A DNA stretch of 64,000 nucleotides from an uncultured Eubacteriales bacterium (GCA_934643185.1 CAKUBN010000008.1:627-64626); one strand, 5' to 3'; shown: positions 1 through 9,072, counted from the stretch's first letter. Translations and numbers: made by a program. Notes: generated by a model not told the origin, from the sequence alone.

Positions 1-1122
1 GCCCATGCGCAGGTCATCGCTGTCGCCGAACTCGGCGGGCGTGTAGCCTGTGCCGTCGATCTTGAGCACGGCGAGGTCGGTGGTTTTATCAAACCCGACG
101 ACGACAGCGTCGTGCAGCGTGCCGTCATACGTTTTGACCTGTACGGAAACGGACTTGGAATTTAAAATGACGTGGCTGTTTGTGATGATGTAGCCGTCTT
201 CCGTGGCGATGATGCCGGTGCCTGTGCCGGTGGACTCGCCGCTTGTGGTGATGACGAGCACGGTGGACGGGATGACCTTATTGTACACCTCGTCGATGTC
301 GAGCTCGGCGGTGCTTGGCTCTTTATTTAAGGTGATGCCCTCCGTATTCGGGGTGACGGTGATGTCCGGCGGAGTGAAGCTGTCGTCCGCATCGGGCGTT
401 TCGTCTTCGCTGGGGGCGTCGCCGGGCGTTTCGGCGTCATTGCCGCCGTTTTCATCCGGGAAATTCGGGATGAGCTGGTCGCCCGGCAGCGTTGTGATGC
501 CGTAATCGCGGTTCACGGCAGCGTAGATGCCGTAGGAAGCGAAGCCGATGACGGAACCCGCGACGAGCACGGACATGACGATGATGAGGATGCGCAGCCC
601 GAGCGGCATTTTCTTCTTCTGCGGCGCGGGGTGCGGGTACGGGTTCTGCATATTCTGCGGGTACGGCGGGGGATAAGCGCCCGGGCCATAGGGCGGCGGG
701 TACTGCCCCGGCTGCTGCGGATTGCCGTAGGGGGCGTTATACGCACCGTAAGGCGGCTGCGGATTCGGCACGCCGTACACGGGCGGCTGCGGGGGATAAT
801 AGCCGGTGTTTTGAACGGGAGTCGGCTGCGGCGGGATATTTACGTTCGGGATGGGCTGGGCTTCCGGCGCTTGTACGGCGTTCGGGAGCGGTTCCACTGC
901 GGGTTCCGCGGGGGCGGGCTCTTCGGAGACGGTCGGTTCCGGGGTGACAGCCGGTTCGTTAGAAACGATCGGCTCTGCGGGAGCGGCCGGTTCGTTAGAA
1001 ACAGCCGGTTCGCCAGAAACGGTGGGCTCAGTGGGAACGGTCTCCGGGGCCGGTTCGGGGGTATGTTCGCCGGAGGGCGCAGGCTCCTGCGTCTCCGGGG
1101 TTTTGTTTTCAAAATCGTCCAT
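1..1122 (-). CDS. htrA: HtrA/DegP-family (S1C) trypsin-like serine protease, N-terminal 374 codons; the 3' end lies beyond the window start
   Basis: Absent from the ORF track because it is open at position 1. Reverse-strand ATG at 1122..1120 follows a GAGGT RBS. My translation starts MDDFENKTPETQEP with a long Pro/Glu-rich N-terminus. It continues with a TM helix (KKKMPLGLRILIIVMSVLVAGSVIGF) and then STGTGTGIIATEDGYIITNSHVI...VVGFDKTTDLAVLKI, typical of the HtrA catalytic His/Asp region. Confidence 0.8.
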   Translation of the reverse strand, partial: MDDFENKTPETQEPAPSGEHTPEPAPETVPTEPTVSGEPAVSNEPAAPAEPIVSNEPAVTPEPTVSEEPAPAEPAVEPLPNAVQAPEAQPIPNVNIPPQPTPVQNTGYYPPQPPVYGVPNPQPPYGAYNAPYGNPQQPGQYPPPYGPGAYPPPYPQNMQNPYPHPAPQKKKMPLGLRILIIVMSVLVAGSVIGFASYGIYAAVNRDYGITTLPGDQLIPNFPDENGGNDAETPGDAPSEDETPDADDSFTPPDITVTPNTEGITLNKEPSTAELDIDEVYNKVIPSTVLVITTSGESTGTGTGIIATEDGYIITNSHVILNSKSVSVQVKTYDGTLHDAVVVGFDKTTDLAVLKIDGTGYTPAEFGDSDDLRMG

Positions 1123-1145
1123 GGTGTGATACCTCACTTTTGGAT

Positions 1146-2741
1146 TTATTTTTGCTCGCTGTCGGGGTTATCTTTATTATCCTTGTGGCCGTGGTGCTCC
1201 TTTTTGGGGCGCTCCGAAATGACGGCGTCCTCGACCGGCACGGTGACCGGGATGGAGCCGGTGTTGTACTTTAACTTCGGGGCTTCCTGCGGCTTCGGAA
1301 TATAGAACGAGAAGCGGGTGTACTCGTTTACGACGGACGAAACGGAAATGTCGCCGCCGTGAAGCTTGATGATGGTGCGGACAAGGTACAGGCCAAGGCC
1401 CATGCCGTTTTTGTCCTGGCTTCTCGATTTATCGGTCTTATAGAACTTTTCGAACACGAGCGGGAGCTCATCGGACTGGATGCCGGAGCCGCTGTTTTCG
1501 ATGGTGACGGCGATGCGGTCGATGCTGTCCGAGACGTTGAACGAGATGTAGCCCTCGGTATTCGTGAACTTGACGGCGTTTTCGATGAGGTTGTAGACGA
1601 CCTGATGCAGGAGGTCTTCGTCGCCGTGCACCTGCATGGGCTTGAGGGTATCGAGCCCGCGGATGTCGATCTTTTTCTCGTCGATGCTCTTTTCAAACGT
1701 GAGCACGGTGGAGAGGACGGTCTCGGAAATATCGAAATCGCTCGGGCGGAGCTTTAACTCGCCGTTATCGATGCGGGAGAGATTTAACATGGTGCGGACA
1801 AGGCGCGAGAGGCGCTTGACCTCATCGGAGACGATGTGCAGGTAATGCGACTGGCGCTCCGGCGGGATGGTGCCGTCTAAAATGCCGTCGATGAAGCCCG
1901 CGATGGTCGTCATCGGGGTTTTTAACTCGTGTGAGACGTTTGCGACAAAGCTGCGGTTCATGCTTTCGCTGCTCGAAAGCGAATCTGCCATGTTGTTGAA
2001 CGCGGTGGCGAGCTGGCCAATCTCATCGTTGCTGGTGACGGGCACGCGGATGGAGAAGTCGCCGTCGCCGAAGCTTTTGGCCGCGGCGGACATTTGCCGC
2101 AGGGGCTTGACGAGCCGGTAGGAGAAAAGACCGACGACGACGAACGCCAGAATGAACGCGGCGGCTGCGGCGATGAGGAACATCTGCAGCGCGGCGAACT
2201 GGTACTCCGTGAGGGAGGCGGCGTTCATGGCGGCGAAGACGGCGCCGACAGGCACCTTGGCGTCGGTGGTATCGGACGCGTCGGCATTGGAGTAAAGCGG
2301 CACGCCGACGACGTAGTACGGGGTATCGTAAATGCCGTTTTTGCTGCCGTCGCCGCTATAAGAGCCTTTGGACGCGATCTCGGCAATGTTTGCGGGGATC
2401 TGCGTTTTGGGGGTGAAGTTTGCGCCGGTGTTGGAGGTGCTGTTGGCGTATGCGCCGAAGAGCACGTTGCCCTCCAGATCGGTGACGAAGATGTCGGCAT
2501 CGATATTGAGGGAGAACGACTGGACGAAGAGCGTCAAAAACTTCGGCGCGCCGGTGTTGGAGATGTCCACGGCGGAGGTGATGGACGCCATGGACGTGGC
2601 GCTTTGCGTGAGCAGCTTGCGCTTATCGTTTTTGGTATATTGCGCGAACGCCAGCATCATGACGCTGCCGAGCACGATGAAGCTTGCGAGCACGATGACC
2701 ATGGTGACGCGCAGGTATTTTCCGAACAGGGATCTTTGCAA
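1146..2741 (-). CDS. Sensor histidine kinase (two TM helices, extracytoplasmic loop, HAMP, HisKA, HATPase_c)
   Basis: 531-aa ORF with a TTG start after an AAAGGAAGG RBS. H-box SHELKTPMTTI, a HAMP-like segment (RLVKPLRQMSAAAKSFGDGDF) and G-boxes (NGMGLGLYLVRTIIKLHGG). It lies directly downstream of the response regulator. Confidence 0.9.
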   Translation of the reverse strand: MQRSLFGKYLRVTMVIVLASFIVLGSVMMLAFAQYTKNDKRKLLTQSATSMASITSAVDISNTGAPKFLTLFVQSFSLNIDADIFVTDLEGNVLFGAYANSTSNTGANFTPKTQIPANIAEIASKGSYSGDGSKNGIYDTPYYVVGVPLYSNADASDTTDAKVPVGAVFAAMNAASLTEYQFAALQMFLIAAAAAFILAFVVVGLFSYRLVKPLRQMSAAAKSFGDGDFSIRVPVTSNDEIGQLATAFNNMADSLSSSESMNRSFVANVSHELKTPMTTIAGFIDGILDGTIPPERQSHYLHIVSDEVKRLSRLVRTMLNLSRIDNGELKLRPSDFDISETVLSTVLTFEKSIDEKKIDIRGLDTLKPMQVHGDEDLLHQVVYNLIENAVKFTNTEGYISFNVSDSIDRIAVTIENSGSGIQSDELPLVFEKFYKTDKSRSQDKNGMGLGLYLVRTIIKLHGGDISVSSVVNEYTRFSFYIPKPQEAPKLKYNTGSIPVTVPVEDAVISERPKKEHHGHKDNKDNPDSEQK

Positions 2742-2765
2742 GGGGAATCCTTCCTTTCGTTCGGC

Positions 2766-3455
2766 TTATTCTTTGACTTCAAACTTATAGCCGACGCCCC
2801 AGACGGTCTTTAAGGACCACTTATCGGAAACGCCTTCGAGCTTTTCGCGCAGGCGCTTGACGTGCACGTCTACGGTGCGGGAGTCGCCGTAATAATCGAA
2901 GCCCCAGACTTCGTCGAGCAGCTGGTCGCGCGTGAAGACGCGGTTCGGGTTCGATGCGAGGTGATAAATGAGCTCCATTTCCTTCGGCGGGGTGTCGATC
3001 TGCACGCCCTTGACCTTGAGCTCATAGTTTGTGAGGTTGATGGAGAGGTTCTCGTAGTGAACTTCTTTCACCTGAGAGGATTCTTTTTTGCCGATGCGGC
3101 GGAGGACGGCGTTGATGCGCGCGATGACCTCTTTCGTCTCAAACGGCTTTACGACGTAATCGTCTGCGCCGAGTTCCAGGCCGAGGACCTTATCAAACAC
3201 CTCGCCCTTTGCCGTCAGCATGATGATGGGGCACTGGGATTTTTTGCGGATCTCGCGGCAGACCTGCCAGCCGTCGAGCTCCGGGAGCATGATATCGAGC
3301 AGCATGAGGTCCGGATTGACGGAATCAAACATTTGGACAGCCGCCTTGCCGTCGTTTGCGATGGCGGTTTCAAAGCCTTCCTTTTCAATATACAGTCTTA
3401 AAAGTTCACAGATATTTCTATCGTCGTCTACGATCATGATCTTGCCGGATGCCAT
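2766..3455 (-). CDS. OmpR/PhoB-family response regulator
   Basis: 229 aa. Receiver motifs IMIVDDD...DLMLLDIMLPELDG...LTAK and a winged-helix C-terminus (RVFTRDQLLDEVWG...VDVHVKRLREKL...TVWGVGYKF). Confidence 0.93.
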   Translation of the reverse strand: MASGKIMIVDDDRNICELLRLYIEKEGFETAIANDGKAAVQMFDSVNPDLMLLDIMLPELDGWQVCREIRKKSQCPIIMLTAKGEVFDKVLGLELGADDYVVKPFETKEVIARINAVLRRIGKKESSQVKEVHYENLSINLTNYELKVKGVQIDTPPKEMELIYHLASNPNRVFTRDQLLDEVWGFDYYGDSRTVDVHVKRLREKLEGVSDKWSLKTVWGVGYKFEVKE

Positions 3456-3665
3456 AAATTTCTACCTTCCTTATTTCAATATTACGGGGCGAAAAGCGAC
3501 CCTGTTTCCTCCCGGATATACCCCGTTTGTGCAGAGTATGACCAGTTTGTATTTATTGTACCGATTTATTGCGTCGAATGCAAGAACAAAAGGTGAATAT
3601 TCTGTGACGATAGGGCTTGTTTTGGGGCGCGGAATTGGTGAAAATGCGCGTTTTTATGCGAAGTG

Positions 3666-3694
3666 TTGCGGCGGAAAATAAAGTGTGTTATACT
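3666..3694 (+). promoter_or_regulatory. Candidate sigma70-type promoter for the MATE gene (TTGCGG, 17-nt spacer, extended -10 TGtTATACT)
   Basis: TTGCGG at 3666..3671, TG at 3686..3687 and TATACT at 3689..3694, read directly from the sequence. Confidence 0.35.
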
Positions 3695-3768
3695 GTATCA
3701 GTTCGATTTTAGACTGTTGAACAGGATAACGGTCGGACAAAATGAAAACTAAAGGCTTTAAACAGCGT

Positions 3769-3797
3769 ACTTCGCCGTGCTTGCGGCGAAGTCTTTT
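3769..3797 (+). promoter_or_regulatory. Leader hairpin with a short T-tract (possible attenuator) in the MATE 5' UTR
   Basis: acttcgccg-tgcttg-cggcgaagt forms a 9-bp stem and is followed by cTTTT, about 75 nt upstream of the start codon. Confidence 0.3.
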
Positions 3798-3869
3798 CAT
3801 GCGAAAAACCGCGTTTGGAGCGTAGAGATTTGCAAAAGAATTTACAAAAATGAAAGGAAGTTTGATTTT

Positions 3870-5273
3870 ATGGCGGAAAAAACGGTGAAGCTTGAGGACC
3901 CGGCAAACAACCGCATGGGCTCCGCGAAGATGCTGCCGCTGATTTTGACGATGGCACTGCCGGCAATGTTCTCGATGCTGATTCAGGCGCTTTACAACAT
4001 TGTGGACAGCTACTTTGTGGCGCAGGTGAGCCAGAACGCACTGACGGCGGTCTCGCTGGCGTTCCCGATTCAGAACCTGTTGGTGGCATTCGGCGTGGGC
4101 ACCGGCGTGGGCGTGAGCTCACTCATTTCCCGCAGACTTGGCGAGCGCGACCAGGAGGCGGCGGACAACGCGGCGACGCACGGCGTTATTCTTTCCGCGA
4201 TCACGTATGTGGCCTTTGCAGTTTTCGGTGCGATCGTGGCGCGTCCGTTTACGGCGCTTTACACGCAGGACGCGGAAGTGCTCAGCATGGGCACGACGTA
4301 CATCACGATTGTGACGGTAGCATCGTTCGGCTTCTTCTTTGCCGCGGTCATTGAAAAAATGTTACAGGCGACGGGCAACATGGTGATGCCGATGATCATT
4401 CAGCTTGTGGGCGCGGTGGCAAACATCATCTTTGACCCGATCCTCATTTTCAACTTCAACATGGGCGTAGCCGGTGCGGCGTATGCGACGGTTGGCGGCC
4501 AGATCCTTTCGATGATTGTGGGCCTTTGTATTTTGTTTTTCGGCAACCACGCGATTGCGCTGGAATTTAAGGGCTTCCGTTTCCACGGCAAGACGATAAA
4601 GGACATTTACGTTGTGGGTCTGCCGAGCATCGTAATGAACGCCATCGGTACGCTGATGACCATGGCGATGAACGGCATTTTGGCGGGCTTCTCCGCTGTG
4701 GCCGTGAACGTGTTCGGCGTTTACTTTAAATTGCAGTCCTTTGTGTTTATGCCGGTGTTTGGCTTGACGCAGGGCCTCATGCCGATCATGGGTTACAACT
4801 ACGGCGCGCGCAACAAGAAGCGCGTGACGGGCGCGGTGAAGATCGGCTGCGCGATCGCGCTGATCATTGAAATTGCGGGCCTGATCGTGTTTGAAATCTG
4901 CCCGGGCACGCTGATTTCCATCTTCAACGCGACGCCGGAGCTGCACGAGATCGGCGACTCGGCGCTTAGAATCATCGCGATCCACTTCCCGATGGCGGCG
5001 ATCGGCATTACGCTTTCGACGCTGTTTCAGGCGACGGGCCACGGCATGTACAGCCTTGTGCAGTCTGTGATGCGTCAGCTGGTTGTGCTGGTGCCGGCGG
5101 CGTGGCTGCTCTCGAAAATCAGCCTCGGCGCTGTGTGGTTCTGCTTCCCGATTTCCGAGTTTGTTTCGCTTATTGTGACGATCGTGTTCTTTGTGATTTT
5201 GTATAATAAGGAAATTAAGAACCTCGATAAGCCGGCGGCAGAGAAGACGGCGACGGAATCGGTGAAGGGGTAA
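3870..5273 (+). CDS. MATE-family multidrug/toxin efflux transporter
   Basis: ORF 3777..5273 trimmed to the ATG at 3870, which follows an AAAGGAAG RBS. The N-terminus (MLPLILTMALPAMFSMLIQALYNIVDSYFVAQVS) and 12 predicted TM segments are typical of the MATE/NorM family. Confidence 0.9.
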   Translation: MAEKTVKLEDPANNRMGSAKMLPLILTMALPAMFSMLIQALYNIVDSYFVAQVSQNALTAVSLAFPIQNLLVAFGVGTGVGVSSLISRRLGERDQEAADNAATHGVILSAITYVAFAVFGAIVARPFTALYTQDAEVLSMGTTYITIVTVASFGFFFAAVIEKMLQATGNMVMPMIIQLVGAVANIIFDPILIFNFNMGVAGAAYATVGGQILSMIVGLCILFFGNHAIALEFKGFRFHGKTIKDIYVVGLPSIVMNAIGTLMTMAMNGILAGFSAVAVNVFGVYFKLQSFVFMPVFGLTQGLMPIMGYNYGARNKKRVTGAVKIGCAIALIIEIAGLIVFEICPGTLISIFNATPELHEIGDSALRIIAIHFPMAAIGITLSTLFQATGHGMYSLVQSVMRQLVVLVPAAWLLSKISLGAVWFCFPISEFVSLIVTIVFFVILYNKEIKNLDKPAAEKTATESVKG

Positions 5274-5297
5274 GAGAGCTAAAGTAGAGCGGGCAAA

Positions 5298-5872
5298 TAA
5301 AGTCTTTAGTCAAGTTTTCTTCGAGAAAACTTGCGGGGTCTTGGGGCAGCGCCCCGAGTCGCTTTCCGCAGAAAGCGAAATCTTATTGCGTTCGCGAAAA
5401 CTAGGAAGGTAGGTTTGAACGTCCGGGGGACGCTCAAACCGTAGGGAACCCAGTTGCATGGGTTCCCTAAAGGGCGGCACAAAGCCGCCCTTTTTTATAT
5501 ACGCAAGGTTTGATTAAGTAAGAGGTACGGTGCGATTCGTTAATATAGTGTATCTCTCCCTCAGTCAGCTGCGCTGACAGCTCCCTCGTCAGAGGGAACC
5601 TGCATTTTTTATATACGCAGGCATGAAAAACGCCGCACTCTCGGGGTGAAACGAGAGTGCGGCGTTGCTTTATTTCTAAGAACTCGCTGTGGCGAGTTCT
5701 TCAAGGAACCCCTTAATAGGGTTCCTTGCGGCTCAACTGTCCACCGGACAGTTGAGCCTATCTTCCTGATTTTTGAGTAGGCAAAAGGGTTTCGTCGTCT
5801 GCGGACGACGCCTTAGGGCGCTGCCCTAAGAACTCGTAAACTTTCTCGAAGAAAGTTTAATCAAAGACTTTT
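5298..5872. repeat. Composite multi-hairpin intergenic repeat: two inverted arms of about 195 bp (5298..5496 and 5677..5872) around a core of about 180 bp
   Basis: Each arm is a string of 6-7 short hairpins, for example caagttttcttcgagaaaacttg, cttggggcagcgccccgag, tcgctttccgcagaaagcga, gtttgaacgtccgggggacgctcaaac and gggaacccagttgcatgggttccc. Homologous copies lie at 21771, 33382, 38169 and 49861. Arm ends and the core contain terminator-like stems followed by T-tracts on both strands. Confidence 0.8.
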
Positions 5873-5913
5873 ACGTCGCGGCGCTGTGGGGGACGGCGGC
5901 TTGCTTTATTCTT

Positions 5914-8900
5914 TTAAATAAAGAACCAGCTGGGGAGCCATTCTAAGGCGTTGGCGTAGTTCTGCGTGGTTAAGGTGCCGGTAAGCACGGGGTAGAACGC
6001 GATGAACATAATCATATGCACGAGGACGCAGGCGAGCAGGGCGACCCGGCCGGTCGTAAGCGTGACGGCGCCTTTTGTGAAGATGATGCGGCTGAGCGCG
6101 GGGGCTTCTGCAAGGCGTTGATACGCGATGAGGAACGCGATGAGGATGAACGGCACGGCGGTGAAGTAATGATAGATGAACGTACAGCGCGGGACGAGCA
6201 CCCACGGCAGGTACGCGGACAAGAAGCCGATGACGCAGACGAGTGCGGTGCGCGAATGCTGTTTCACGGCTCTTATAAACGCGTACACGGTGGCGGGCAC
6301 GCACGCCCAATAGAACAGCGGGTTGCCGAGCACCGAGATGGTGCGGATGTGGCCCTCGCTGTCGGCGCTGTAATTGCCGTAGTACCACACGTTGCGGATA
6401 TCAAACGGCCACTGGTACCACGGGGACTCAAACGGGTGGGTCGCCTGCAGCGTGGAGTGGTAGTTATACATATGCGTTTGGTACGCGATGAACCGGCCGA
6501 AGACATCGTAGCGGTTATGCGGCAATGTGGTGAGCGGCAGGAATGCCGTGAAATAGATGCCAAACGGAATGGCGATGAACAAAAGGCAGCACCAGAGGCA
6601 GAGCTTGACGGATTTTGTAAGGAGCGCTTTCTGCACGGCGGCGTGGCCTTTTTCTTCGCGATAAGAGACGATGAGTTTGCCGAAGAACAGCACGGCGAGG
6701 CCGACTGCGCCATAGGCGACCGTCCATTTGCTTGCGATGCCGAGCCCCATGAAGATACCGCTCAGGAGCAGCGGGGGCAGAAGCTTTTTGAAGCTGTCGG
6801 TTTTTAAATCGTGCTGAATAAACACGAGCATGGCGTCGTACATTAAAATGATGAAGAACACGGCGTAGGTATCGATGGTCGCGATGCGTGTTTGGACGTA
6901 GTGCAGGAAATCGAACGCAAAGAGGACGGTACCGGCGGTGCAGAGGAACGTGGAGCCAAAGAGGCGCTTTAAGAAATGGTAGAGCGCAGGGAGCATCAGA
7001 ACGCCGAACAGCGTGCCCATGAAGCGCCAGCCGAACGGGTTCATGCCGAAGATGCGAATGCCGACCGAGATGATGAGCTTGCCGAGCGTGGGGTGCGTGT
7101 TTTCGTATGGCTCGAGTCCCAAAATGTGCTCGTAGGCGGTGCGGGCGTGGTAGATTTCGTCGAAATAGGTGGAGTTCATGTAGCTTGGGTAGAGCGGGAC
7201 GGTGTTTTGCTCATCCGTGAGCTGCCACGCGTTGCCGGAGACGGCGGTGAGCGTTGCAAAGCCGGTGTCGTCTGTCTTTTTGAGCGCGAACTCGTTGATG
7301 GCGAGGTCGTCGCACATAGACGTGATGCGGATATATTTGCCGGTGGCGGCGACGGAGACGTTTTTCCACGCATAGACGCTGCCGTCCGTGTTTTCGGCGG
7401 CGGTCGTCCAGTTGGTTTGATCGTTTGAAACCTCAATCTTCATATTGGTACCGACGCGCTGGCCGATGCCGTTATCCGCGGGGGCGATGCCGGGCAGGTA
7501 GAAAATTTCACTGTACGCGTCGTCGGTCTCAAAGACGGCAGATTCGCCGTTTTGGGGCGTCCATGTCGTATTGGCGGTCTCGTGATCACCGAGATTCGTG
7601 AACGCGACAATGCCGTAAATCAAAGTGACGGCGGCGATGCAGAGGAGATCGATACGCGTCAGGCGGACATTATGATTTTGGTCGGTGATGAGGGAAGACT
7701 CGGGCGCTGCGGGCTTTGCGTGCTTTTCGGAAGCGGCGGCTTTCTGCGCTTTAAACGCAGGCAGCGGGCGCGGGGCTTTTTCGGAAATAAAGCAGCGATA
7801 CGTGGTATAGAGCATATAAACGTACAGCAGCACGTGCAGCGCGGAGAGGAACAGAATCTGGATGGACGTGGGGGAGATGTAGGCGTTATTGAGGTACAGC
7901 ACATAGGCGACGTTTAAGAAATGCACCGTGGATGTGCCCGCGAACAGCAGCAGGAAGCGCTTTTCCTTTGTGAAAACGTAGGTGAGCAGCAGGCACAGGA
8001 GCACGGGGAACAGGTAGCGTTCGTGCATTTTGACGCAGAAAATGTAGACCGTGAACATCAAAACGGTGGGGCAGGCAAACAGGGCATCCCCGCGCTTAGA
8101 TTTGAGCAGTAAGATGCCTGCGAGGACGGTTGCGAGCGGCACGCCGAATTGCAGCCACGTGCTGTGCTCCGGCAGCGCGGCCCAGTTGAGCCCGAAGAGC
8201 GCCCAGACGTTGTAGGCGTTGATGGTGTAGTAGTTATAATAATCGATGGTGCCGGTGTAAATTTCGATGAGCTTTAGGTAATCGAAATTTTTCACGAACG
8301 GCGTGGAGAACAGGAGGATGGTCGCGAGGGCAATGATGGGGCCGAGGACGAGGTGTTTCCAGTCCTTTTGGCGGATGACCCAGAAAATGAGCACCGGCGC
8401 GAAAATGAGCATCTGCGGCTTGCTTAAAATGCCGAAGCCGTAGACGAACGCAGCGAGCGGCGTGTGGTTATACCAGAGCAGAAGCAATGTGCACAGAAGC
8501 AGGAGCGCGCAGAAGCTATCGGCCTGACCCCAGACGGAGGAATTGACGATGACCGCGGGGCAGAAAAGATAGGCGGACGCGATGAGGAGCGCGCTTTTCT
8601 CGCTGAGCTTTTTGCGGGCGAGCACCCAAAGCGCCGCGGCGCAGGCGATGTCTGACAAAATGGGCGCGAGCTTTATCATGAGCGTGTAGCTCTGCGCGTA
8701 TTGGTCGATGGAGAACAGGCGGCGGAACGCTTCGATGATGTAGAGCACGTAGAGGTAGCCGGGGGGATAATCGAGGAAAAAGTCCCGGTAATACATGTTA
8801 TTAAAGCCGTAATCGTGCGTATAGGCAGCCCAGGCTTTAAAGCAGGAGATGTCGGCGTCGAACCCGTTGATATTGTAGCCCAAAATAAAGCGCAGGATGA

Positions 8901-9072
8901 GCCCTAAGGCGAGCACGGCGCAGAAGACGGGCACGGGGGACATGCCGAAGACCGTAGTTTCTTTTTTGTGGGCGCGGCGGACGGGGGCATCCTCCGTTTC
9001 CGGCGCGGCGCGAAAGCCGAGCCAAAGCACTGCCGCAAGGAACAGGGCGGCGAGCAAGATCTGTATCGTCAT
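5914..9072 (-). CDS. Large polytopic membrane glycosyltransferase: N-terminal GT-C module (ALG6/8-like LDYPPGY signature), then a PMT/GT39-like module carrying an inserted F5/8-type-C (discoidin)-like domain
   Basis: 1052 aa, ATG after an AAAGGA RBS. N-terminal half: GFDADISCFKAWAAY...FFLDYPPGYLYV plus many TM helices. Residues about 480-640: TM helix, then YAWKNVSVAATGKYIRITSMCDDLAINEFAL (discoidin-like). This is followed by YFDEIYHARTAYEHILGLEPYENTHPTLGKLII, the DE/THPPLGK signature of polyprenyl-phosphate-dependent PMT-type transferases. Confidence 0.85.
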   Translation of the reverse strand: MTIQILLAALFLAAVLWLGFRAAPETEDAPVRRAHKKETTVFGMSPVPVFCAVLALGLILRFILGYNINGFDADISCFKAWAAYTHDYGFNNMYYRDFFLDYPPGYLYVLYIIEAFRRLFSIDQYAQSYTLMIKLAPILSDIACAAALWVLARKKLSEKSALLIASAYLFCPAVIVNSSVWGQADSFCALLLLCTLLLLWYNHTPLAAFVYGFGILSKPQMLIFAPVLIFWVIRQKDWKHLVLGPIIALATILLFSTPFVKNFDYLKLIEIYTGTIDYYNYYTINAYNVWALFGLNWAALPEHSTWLQFGVPLATVLAGILLLKSKRGDALFACPTVLMFTVYIFCVKMHERYLFPVLLCLLLTYVFTKEKRFLLLFAGTSTVHFLNVAYVLYLNNAYISPTSIQILFLSALHVLLYVYMLYTTYRCFISEKAPRPLPAFKAQKAAASEKHAKPAAPESSLITDQNHNVRLTRIDLLCIAAVTLIYGIVAFTNLGDHETANTTWTPQNGESAVFETDDAYSEIFYLPGIAPADNGIGQRVGTNMKIEVSNDQTNWTTAAENTDGSVYAWKNVSVAATGKYIRITSMCDDLAINEFALKKTDDTGFATLTAVSGNAWQLTDEQNTVPLYPSYMNSTYFDEIYHARTAYEHILGLEPYENTHPTLGKLIISVGIRIFGMNPFGWRFMGTLFGVLMLPALYHFLKRLFGSTFLCTAGTVLFAFDFLHYVQTRIATIDTYAVFFIILMYDAMLVFIQHDLKTDSFKKLLPPLLLSGIFMGLGIASKWTVAYGAVGLAVLFFGKLIVSYREEKGHAAVQKALLTKSVKLCLWCCLLFIAIPFGIYFTAFLPLTTLPHNRYDVFGRFIAYQTHMYNYHSTLQATHPFESPWYQWPFDIRNVWYYGNYSADSEGHIRTISVLGNPLFYWACVPATVYAFIRAVKQHSRTALVCVIGFLSAYLPWVLVPRCTFIYHYFTAVPFILIAFLIAYQRLAEAPALSRIIFTKGAVTLTTGRVALLACVLVHMIMFIAFYPVLTGTLTTQNYANALEWLPSWFFI

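Noticed and set aside
203-1305. Forward-strand ORFs 203..505, 631..1305 and 851..1129, and reverse ORFs 513..746 and 840..1112
   Set aside because: All overlap the reverse-strand htrA frame, which has a clear protease signature and RBS. Their translations are repetitive Gly/Ser/Arg artefacts of the Pro-rich repeat region.
5280-5900. Possibility that the hairpin-rich repeats are a CRISPR array or encode small proteins (ORFs 50019..50243, 50117..50314 and 49831..50076 overlap the second copy)
   Set aside because: There is no regularly spaced identical direct repeat with unique spacers, because the hairpins differ from one another and follow a fixed order. ORFs across them are not conserved between copies, since the stems change by compensatory pairs.
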